Of a stretch of DNA of 24,000 nt, positions 1 through 6,214 are shown piece by piece. Where the stretch lies: NCBI GenBank assembly GCA_019058015.1, contig JAHLWH010000075.1, positions 5,260 to 29,259 on the forward strand, given 5' to 3'. The DNA comes from Promethearchaeota archaeon. Its GTDB lineage: Archaea > Asgardarchaeota > Lokiarchaeia > Sigyniarchaeales > SOKP01. The notes beneath the pieces are model-generated. The model did not search any database, was not told where the DNA came from, and worked only from the letters and a program-made list of their open reading frames with translations. Each line of letters opens with the position of its first letter. Position 1 is the stretch's first letter. The position numbers were made by a program, and so were the translations under genes.

Positions 1-1095
1 CCTATTATTGTAAAATCGATTGAAGATAATAAATATGAAACCATTGCAGGTAATAGAAGATTATTTGCTTTTCAAGAATTAAAAAAGAAAATAATCCCAT
101 CAATTATTATTGAGGCTAACTCTGAGATAACTGAGGCTGATATTGCCCTGCTAGAGAATCTGATAAGAGATGACCTAACCCCAATTGAGGAGGCGAAAGC
201 ATACTTGAATAGATGGCTCTTAATGGGAAATGAAGATACTGAAAATTTTCAGTATGATAAAATCGCATCTATAATTTCAAAAGAATTGCCTCCTTCATAT
301 AATCATATTAAAAATATATTATCTCTTTTGAGATTACCCAAAGGTGTTCAAGATGCTATACACTTAAAGAAATTTAAGAGAACATATGGCTATGAAATAT
401 CAAGATTAAATACAGAAGAACAAATGTTGGAATATTATGGAAAAATTAAATCTAATAAAAAAAATTGGACTGTTGCTAGACTAAAAGAAGAAATTGATGA
501 AATTTTAGAGGGAGAAAGGGAAAAAACAGGAAAAATTAGAAAAATAAAAACTATGACCTTAGAAAACATTAAAAAAAATCTTAGAGAAAAAAGAGAAGTA
601 AGGAATAAACATCTAGAAGATTTCATTAATATAACAGAAGAGATAAAAAAATATTTAAAAAAAGAAGATAAAAAAGAGGATGCCCCTGATAACATTTATA
701 AGATTTTGCAAAATTATATTAAAGTCGAAAAAGAGACTGTAGATTATGATTGGAAAAGATTACAACAACAGATAAATGATGATCAAAAAAGAGTTAATTC
801 TATTGATGCTTTGTTAAATCAAGTTGAGCAACTAAGCATTACAGTATGTCCTTATTGTGAAGCTGGAATTGATATTGAAGCACTAACAGAGAAACAACAA
901 AAATTAAGGGAACAAATTGAAGACTCAGAAAATAAACAACTGAATCTTAATTCTATATTGAACCAATTTCAAAAATCTGAGCAGGATTTCAAAAAAACAA
1001 AAAACATTTTAGAGAAGGCAAATCAAGAGATTAAAGGATTTATTCGTGATATTGTTAAATATCGAAAGGAAATAGATGAATTGGAGGTAAAATAG
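1..1095 (+). CDS. ParB/Srx-like N-terminal domain protein with C-terminal coiled coil carrying a CxxC hook-like motif (5' partial, runs off window start)
   Basis: Frame 1 is open from nt 1. The translation PIIVKSIEDNKYETIAGNRRLFAFQEL...LLENLIRDDLTPIEEAKAY matches ParB N-domain boxes (GxRR arginine patch; ENxxRxDLxPxEEA). The TTG at 205 used by the ORF track is therefore internal. An HTH-like segment follows, then a long K/E/Q-rich heptad region with CPYC at nt 847-858. Confidence 0.75.
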   Translation, partial: PIIVKSIEDNKYETIAGNRRLFAFQELKKKIIPSIIIEANSEITEADIALLENLIRDDLTPIEEAKAYLNRWLLMGNEDTENFQYDKIASIISKELPPSYNHIKNILSLLRLPKGVQDAIHLKKFKRTYGYEISRLNTEEQMLEYYGKIKSNKKNWTVARLKEEIDEILEGEREKTGKIRKIKTMTLENIKKNLREKREVRNKHLEDFINITEEIKKYLKKEDKKEDAPDNIYKILQNYIKVEKETVDYDWKRLQQQINDDQKRVNSIDALLNQVEQLSITVCPYCEAGIDIEALTEKQQKLREQIEDSENKQLNLNSILNQFQKSEQDFKKTKNILEKANQEIKGFIRDIVKYRKEIDELEVK

Positions 1096-1096
1096 A

Positions 1097-1822
1097 ATGG
1101 CAAAATATCAGAAAATACAGAGATTTGTTCCTAATTATGGATTAAAACTTGAAGAGAGATTGCAGGGGATATATGAATGGGAAAACTTAAGGCTATTATA
1201 TCTTCATTTAATAGGTCATGGTAATTCTGCGAAGGCAAAAATAAGAGAAATAGCAGGTGAGGAGATTAAAATTATTAATGGTGTTGCAGTATGGGAACCA
1301 CATTTTAATTTACAAAAAAGAGATCTGGATGAGTTAAATATAATTAACAAAATCAAAACTATAAAAGAAACTCTATGGGAAAGAGATCATATTCTAATAA
1401 GACCATATTCTAAAGCAATGATATTATTAGATAAAGGTTCACCCCCAAGTTATGCACAACTTATTACAACATGGAATAAGAGAACTCATATTGATTCTCA
1501 ATCTCCATTAGGAAGACTAATTTTTCCAGAGATGCAACCTATAGAACTAACTACTATTGGAAAAATCAAAAGAAATAAAAAAGGGCATATTATCCTTAAT
1601 AAAAAAGAAATAATATATGAAATAGATGAGAATAACCATTTTCTAAAAGCAAAAAAGGTAGGGAATCTCTGTCATAATTTAAGGATTGCTACTTTTAATC
1701 ATTTAGATCCACACCAAAAACTTTTTATGGTGGCTCGATGTAAAGGATATGTAGAATATCAAACAATTCCTGTTTTTATCTCTGAACAATCCTGTGAACT
1801 TGTTGATCCGGATGATATTTAA
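1097..1822 (+). CDS. hypothetical protein, translationally coupled to the ParB-like gene
   Basis: 241-aa ORF with an ATG 1 nt after the upstream TAG. GGAGGT lies about 8 nt upstream of the ATG. I recognise no motif (no Walker A). A T7 run and a hairpin follow the stop. Confidence 0.65.
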   Translation: MAKYQKIQRFVPNYGLKLEERLQGIYEWENLRLLYLHLIGHGNSAKAKIREIAGEEIKIINGVAVWEPHFNLQKRDLDELNIINKIKTIKETLWERDHILIRPYSKAMILLDKGSPPSYAQLITTWNKRTHIDSQSPLGRLIFPEMQPIELTTIGKIKRNKKGHIILNKKEIIYEIDENNHFLKAKKVGNLCHNLRIATFNHLDPHQKLFMVARCKGYVEYQTIPVFISEQSCELVDPDDI

Positions 1823-1867
1823 TTGATCGAAACAGAAAGTAAATAAAGAAACCAATTAAATTATATA

Positions 1868-1899
1868 TTTTTTTCAATCCACTTATCAACTCGATAAGT
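1868..1899 (+). terminator. oligo-T tract plus 7-bp-stem hairpin downstream of the 1097-1822 gene
   Basis: T7 run at 1868-1874. The inverted repeat ACTTATC (1881-1887) / GATAAGT (1893-1899) has a 5-nt loop. Archaeal termination commonly uses oligo-T tracts. Confidence 0.35.
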
Positions 1900-1944
1900 A
1901 GGAATTAAAATAAATTCATAAAAAACTAATAATTCTTTTCTTTA

Positions 1945-2017
1945 TTTTTTACTTTCACTCTCCCCTCTCTATCTCCTATAAATAGATTGGAGTGCGCAGA
2001 TCTACTGAATTAGTAAA
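1945..2017. repeat. copy 1 of a ~73-bp imperfect direct repeat (C-rich tract, TATAAATA, GCGC core, palindrome-like end)
   Basis: It aligns column by column with 2985-3057 at an offset of exactly 1040 bp, with about 8 mismatches over 73 bp. Sequence: ttttttactttcactctcccctctctatctcctataaatagattggagtgcgcagatctactgaattagtaaa. Confidence 0.85.
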
Positions 2018-2061
2018 TCTAAAATTAAAGAATCAAATTAATTATTTTTTTTATTTTTCAT

Positions 2062-2370
2062 CTATAGAAATCCTAAATTTCTAAGTTGTAATAAAAGTCC
2101 ACCTGTTCGCATTCCATCTTGAGTTATTCTATGTGGATCGTTACTTTTGACTAACTCTATAAGATATAGATTTCTAAGTTTTTTCACTGCTTTTTTATAA
2201 AATGGTAATCTTTTTAAGATCTGAAGAAAAAAATAACGGTTTCTTTCACTTTTAGTCCAACGATAAATTTTTATCAACACTTCGACTTCATAAGGCTTAA
2301 ATTGTTTTTTTATATCCTCAACAATATCCTTATAAATTTGTATCTCATTATTATCGATAGTGTTGGGCAA
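2062..2370 (-). CDS. small winged-helix-like DNA-binding protein (hypothetical)
   Basis: 102-aa ORF with a TTG start; there is no in-frame ATG. Its C-terminal segment LIELVKSNDPHRITQDG resembles RIELISKSPMKMYLTKIG of the upstream 2381-2692 gene. A 10-nt gap from that gene suggests an operon. Confidence 0.55.
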   Translation of the reverse strand: MPNTIDNNEIQIYKDIVEDIKKQFKPYEVEVLIKIYRWTKSERNRYFFLQILKRLPFYKKAVKKLRNLYLIELVKSNDPHRITQDGMRTGGLLLQLRNLGFL

Positions 2371-2380
2371 TATATGTCAC

Positions 2381-2692
2381 TTATCTCTTTTTGCTTTTTC
2401 TCTCTCTTTCCCTTAAAGCAAACTCCCCACAAGCCACAATCTTACCAATCTTTGTAAGATACATTTTCATTGGACTTTTAGAAATTAGTTCAATTCTATC
2501 TTGTTTGATTAAATCATCAAAAACCTCTTGTTTTTGAGGATATTTTGCTGTTAAAACTGCAGAGTCTTCTTCAAATGCTCGCTTTCTAAATAGGCTTATT
2601 AATATATTGCTTCTCTCATCTTTAGGGGACACTTCCCTATCAAATGATGTATCTTTTAAGAGATCTTCAACTTCTGCTTTATCTATATCCAT
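2381..2692 (-). CDS. small winged-helix-like DNA-binding protein (hypothetical)
   Basis: 103-aa ORF with an ATG start and a basic C-terminal tail (RERERKSKKR). It carries a helix-wing-like segment shared with the 2062-2370 product. Confidence 0.55.
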   Translation of the reverse strand: MDIDKAEVEDLLKDTSFDREVSPKDERSNILISLFRKRAFEEDSAVLTAKYPQKQEVFDDLIKQDRIELISKSPMKMYLTKIGKIVACGEFALRERERKSKKR

Positions 2693-2752
2693 TTCTTAAC
2701 CACACAATCTTTTCAATATGTTTAATATACTTATCGTATCACAAAATATAAA

Positions 2753-2940
2753 ATTTGCGCAAATATATTATTACTAGATTCATTTTTAAACCTAACTAAA
2801 AAAACTACTAGTCTTTTTTGGAATAAAACTCATAGAGATTAGAGGCTTCTTCTATTTACCATATTGCGCGGTTTTCACTACAAATGCGCCAAATTATTCA
2901 TCTTTCGCGCGACAGGTCTAGATTGTTCTAGAACAACAAT
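2753..2940. promoter_or_regulatory. intergenic array of GCGC-core motifs and short palindromes (candidate operator / iteron-like region)
   Basis: ATTTGCGCAAAT is a 12-bp perfect palindrome at 2753-2764. GCGC cores lie at 2866, 2886 and 2907, spaced 20 and 21 bp apart. TCTAGA occurs twice (2917, 2927), the second within the palindrome GTTCTAGAAC (2925-2934). The flanking sequence is strongly AT-rich. Confidence 0.4.
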
Positions 2941-2984
2941 TTTGTAAAACAATTTTGATTTCAACGACAAAATTTTCATACTTG

Positions 2985-3057
2985 TTTTTTACTTCCACTC
3001 TCCCCTCTCAGTGTCCTATAAATAGATTAGAGTGCGCGGATTTACTGAATCAGTAAA
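2985..3057. repeat. copy 2 of the ~73-bp imperfect direct repeat
   Basis: Sequence: ttttttacttccactctcccctctcagtgtcctataaatagattagagtgcgcggatttactgaatcagtaaa. It contains the perfect 17-bp palindrome TTTACTGAATCAGTAAA (3041-3057). Its TATAAATA box lies about 90 bp upstream of the ATG at 3112. Confidence 0.85.
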
Positions 3058-3111
3058 AATTTAAATTATCAAACATCCTAATCATTTTTGTCGATAAATA
3101 AATTAACAAAA

Positions 3112-3276
3112 ATGGAAAAAAGAAAGATGAAAATAGAAATCGATCTTCCTGATGAAGAATATAAAAAATTAAAAGAAATCTATAAAATATTTGAGAAAGA
3201 TATTAATGAATCTATAGAACATTTAACAATAAATTTAATAAAAGATTCTTTAACTGAAATCAAGTCTCTGATATAG
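3112..3276 (+). CDS. small ribbon-helix-helix (CopG/Arc-like) protein, hypothetical
   Basis: From the ATG at 3112: MEKRKMKIEIDLPDEEYKKLKEIYKIFEKDINESIEHLTINLIKDSL. This fits a beta-strand followed by two helices, as in RHH folds. The ORF track starts it at the TTG at 3088. Confidence 0.5.
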   Translation: MEKRKMKIEIDLPDEEYKKLKEIYKIFEKDINESIEHLTINLIKDSLTEIKSLI

Positions 3277-3448
3277 ATTTCTTTATTTCTTCTAATCTTC
3301 TTCTTACAGACTCATTAATAAATTCATGATGTGTTCTATAACCCAATTCTTTATGCTCTTTAATGATTTTTAGGATTTCTTCTATAACTTCTTCTGGAAT
3401 TTTTACAATGTTCGAAATAAATTGACCCCCAAATGAACCCCTTTTAAT
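3260..3448 (-). pseudogene. RHH-like ORF without a canonical start codon, abutting and reading into the tRNA 3' end
   Basis: The minus-frame translation is IKRGSFGGQFISNIVKIPEEVIEEILKIIKEHKELGYRTHHEFINESVRRRLEEIKKSISET*. This is an RHH-like pattern. No ATG/GTG/TTG lies upstream of the beta-strand, and the frame stays open into the tRNA. It overlaps the 3' end of the 3112-3276 ORF by 17 nt. Confidence 0.3.
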
Positions 3449-3550
3449 GGTGCGCCCGCCGGGATTCGAACCCGGGCCCCTAACGTGGCAGGCTTTTATC
3501 TATTTCTTAAGTTAAGAAAATAAAGGATAATACCACTATACTACGAGCGC
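3448..3550 (-). tRNA. tRNA, probably tRNA-Gly(GCC), with ~29 nt of extra (intron-like) sequence and an encoded CCA
   Basis: Minus-strand read:
- Acceptor GCGCTCG / CGGGCGC.
- D arm GTAT-AGTGGTA-TTAT.
- T arm CCGGG-TTCGAAT-CCCGG.
- Discriminator A followed by CCA.
- Loop CTGCCAC (anticodon GCC at + 3487-3489) followed by GTTAG.

The total is 103 nt, so about 29 nt are extra. See the finding for the placement problem. Confidence 0.8.
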
Positions 3551-3581
3551 TTATTCTATAGATAAAAAAAAGAATATAAGA

Positions 3582-4601
3582 TTAAATATTAATTTTACTA
3601 ATCGTTTGTTCAACTTGATTCTTTTCTATAAATTCCTCTAAGGCTTTTACGTTATTAGGTATTCCTTCTCTAACACCAGTATCGCTGCACTCTAAAGCAG
3701 ACATAGCGGTTGCAATTTTGCATAATTTCGATAGTGAAAAACCCATAAATAGTGAAATAATAATTCCACTCATAAACGCATCTCCAGCTCCCGTCGTATC
3801 TTCAACGGGAGTGTTAAATATATTAGTTCGAATCATCTCATTTCCATCGAAAACAGTGGAACCATTGGCACCATCAGTTATTGAAATTAAATCAACACCC
3901 ATTTTATGAATATCATTTAAAATATCAATTGTTGATAACTTATTCGTAAATTCTGAAGCCTCTTCTTTATTGAAGGAGACTACATCAGATTTTACAATTA
4001 ATTTTTTAGCCCACTGAGGATTATTTTTAATTATTGACATACTGGGTGCAGCAAATACTTTTTTTCCAGCATTTTTAGTTAAATCAATTGCTTTATCTAT
4101 AGCCTTACATCCACTTTCTGAGGTTAATGAAGTCCAAGCGAAGCCATCTATATCTTTAAATATTTCTTCCTTCACATTTTCTGGAGTTATTAAATTATTT
4201 GCGCCTTTGTAAGCCAAGATACTTCGATCTCGTCCCCATTCGGTTTTTAAAATTAATGAAAAGGCAGTAGAATCCTTATCCGTTTGAATAACATTATTTA
4301 CATCAACATTTCTCTTTTTCAAATCATCAAGGCATATGGAAGCTGAAAAGTCTTTCCCAATAACGCCAATATAAATACCCTTCATGCCGATCATTGATAA
4401 ATCAGCAGCAATATTTGTTGCAGAACCTCCAGGAACAAATTTAATATTTTCAACATTCAATTTGCGCGAATATTCAATGGCAGTGTATTTTTTGATAACT
4501 TCTTTTTCAAATAATTCAAATCTTAAGATATCTTTTATTTGAATGATACAATCTAAGGTGCAACTACCTATTGTTAATATTTTCAATTTAGATAAATCCA
4601 T
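3582..4601 (-). CDS. PfkB-family carbohydrate kinase (ribokinase/fructokinase-like)
   Basis: 339 aa. The C-terminal DTTGAGDAF motif is typical of the PfkB/ribokinase anion hole, and an N-terminal GGSATN-type motif is present. ATG start. Confidence 0.85.
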   Translation of the reverse strand: MDLSKLKILTIGSCTLDCIIQIKDILRFELFEKEVIKKYTAIEYSRKLNVENIKFVPGGSATNIAADLSMIGMKGIYIGVIGKDFSASICLDDLKKRNVDVNNVIQTDKDSTAFSLILKTEWGRDRSILAYKGANNLITPENVKEEIFKDIDGFAWTSLTSESGCKAIDKAIDLTKNAGKKVFAAPSMSIIKNNPQWAKKLIVKSDVVSFNKEEASEFTNKLSTIDILNDIHKMGVDLISITDGANGSTVFDGNEMIRTNIFNTPVEDTTGAGDAFMSGIIISLFMGFSLSKLCKIATAMSALECSDTGVREGIPNNVKALEEFIEKNQVEQTISKINI

Positions 4602-4987
4602 AAATCTTATAAATAGATAAAATTTATATTCTTTTTGACTTTAACGTTGAAAATTTATATACTTACACTTCTATTTTCTCAGTCTCATTAAAAACATAAA
4701 TAATATTATATATAAAAAAAAATTATTTTTTATCTAAAATAATTAATTTAACATGCAAATTTAAACTTGATATGGTTTTTTCTATTTGACTGGAAAGAAT
4801 CCTCTCTTATTCTACAAATAAACTTAATAAAAGTATTAAAGGCTTCATGAGCATTAATTCATAGATTTTTGAGAATGATATGAAGCAAATGCAGTTGGGT
4901 TAATCACTTAATTTTTAAAAGATTTTAAATGATGGGGTACAATATAAGCATAAATTAAATTTAATAATTTGAAAATTGGGGATTAGA

Positions 4988-6058
4988 ATGAAATTTGGAT
5001 TTAGTTCTTTATCAAATTTAGGAATAATAAAAAAAGATGTTAAACGTAAAAGAATCTCAAGTTATGATAAAACAGGAGCTAATATGGATAATGTATTAAT
5101 AGAGCCAAAAAGTAAACATGAAGTTTGCAATATAAATAGAGCTGGAATTATTAAGCATATTTGGATGACAATATTATCTTCAGATCCAGATTATCTACGA
5201 AAGTTTGTAATTCGTATGTGGTGGGATAATGAAGAAAATCCTTCAGTTGAATGCCCAGTAGGTGATTTTTTCGGAATTGGACACGGTAAAAAAGTTAATT
5301 TTTGGAGTTTGCCTTTTTCTATGGGACCTCAAGATGGAAAAGGATTTAATTGCTTTTTTCCTATGCCATTTTCTACAAATGCGAGAATCGAATTAGAAAA
5401 TGAAAGTGAAATTAGTTTTGTATGTTTTTACTACATTGATTATGAAGAATATACAGAATTAGATTCTAGATTTGGCAGATTTCATGCAATGTGGCGCCGT
5501 GAAAATCCATGTAAAGGAAATGATTATAACATTGGAAAAAAAGTTGAGAAATGGATTAGAAAAAATCCTACTCATGAGAACGATTATCTAATATTGGAAG
5601 CAGAAGGTGAAGGACATTATGTTGGCTGCCATTTAGATATTCATAATCTATTAACTCCTGAATTAAGTAAAAAGAAGGATAGGTTTTGGCCAGGAGAAGG
5701 TGATGATTTTTTTGAGATTGACGATGGAGAAACAATACTTTATGGTACAGGTACAGAAGATTATTTTTGCACAGCATTTGCACCTTTAGAATTCTATTGT
5801 TCTCCTGATTTTGGAATCACATTGCCAGGTGGTCAAAACTGGAGTGGAAAGATCTCTTATTACCGATATCATATTGAAGATCCAATTTATTTTAACAAGA
5901 ATTTAAAAGTTAAAATCGAGCATGGTCATGCGAATCAAAGATCTGATGATTATTCTTCTACTGCTTATTGGTATCAAACAGAACCACATAAAAAGTTTCA
6001 GCCACTTTTATCGGTAAATGAGAGGTTACCTCGAGAAGAACCTAAGGAAATTCCTTAA
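4988..6058 (+). CDS. DUF2961 / glycoside hydrolase family 172-like protein
   Basis: Motifs I associate with DUF2961: SSYDKTGANMD, GIIKHIWMT, WWDNEENPSVECPVGDFFG, FPMPF, FHAMWRRENP, GEGDDFFEIDDGE, GTGTEDYF. The ATG at 4988 is preferred over the TTG at 4976. Confidence 0.75.
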   Translation: MKFGFSSLSNLGIIKKDVKRKRISSYDKTGANMDNVLIEPKSKHEVCNINRAGIIKHIWMTILSSDPDYLRKFVIRMWWDNEENPSVECPVGDFFGIGHGKKVNFWSLPFSMGPQDGKGFNCFFPMPFSTNARIELENESEISFVCFYYIDYEEYTELDSRFGRFHAMWRRENPCKGNDYNIGKKVEKWIRKNPTHENDYLILEAEGEGHYVGCHLDIHNLLTPELSKKKDRFWPGEGDDFFEIDDGETILYGTGTEDYFCTAFAPLEFYCSPDFGITLPGGQNWSGKISYYRYHIEDPIYFNKNLKVKIEHGHANQRSDDYSSTAYWYQTEPHKKFQPLLSVNERLPREEPKEIP

Positions 6059-6214
6059 AAAGATAAATTATTTTTTTATACTCGTCTAGTACACTTATAC
6101 GATTTCTATAGATATTGAAGACGTAACTATTTTAAAGAATAAAATCAAAATTTATCTAACAAATTTTTTTTGATTTAAATTAAAAAAACTAATTTATTAA
6201 AAATTGGGATAAAT

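Noticed and set aside
205-207. The TTG at 205 offered by the ORF track as the start of the first gene
   Set aside because: Frame 1 is open from nt 1, and the upstream 68 codons encode the conserved ParB N-domain boxes. The gene is therefore 5'-truncated by the window and does not start at 205.
435-695. 86-aa minus-strand ORF inside the ParB-like gene
   Set aside because: It is a low-complexity S/F/L-rich antisense shadow of a K/E-rich coding region and has no independent signals.
1097-1822. The gene downstream of the ParB-like gene as a ParA-type partition ATPase
   Set aside because: No Walker A (GxxxxGK[ST]) or other NTPase motif is present in the 241-aa translation.
1945-3057. The 73-bp repeats as a CRISPR array or as C/D-box sRNA genes
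   Set aside because: There are only two copies, 1,040 bp apart, with protein-coding genes between them, so this is not a CRISPR array. A CTGA (D-box-like) is present but there is no RTGATGA C box. The copy differences are not compensatory for an RNA stem.
3448-3550. Alternative tRNA identities: Leu(TAA) from loop CTTAAGA, or Glu(TTC) from TTTTCTT
   Set aside because: The Leu model leaves only a 3-nt variable region and still leaves 10 unexplained nucleotides. The Glu model needs T at position 37 and a 17-nt variable region. The acceptor pairs, A73 and the CTGCCAC loop fit Gly(GCC) best.
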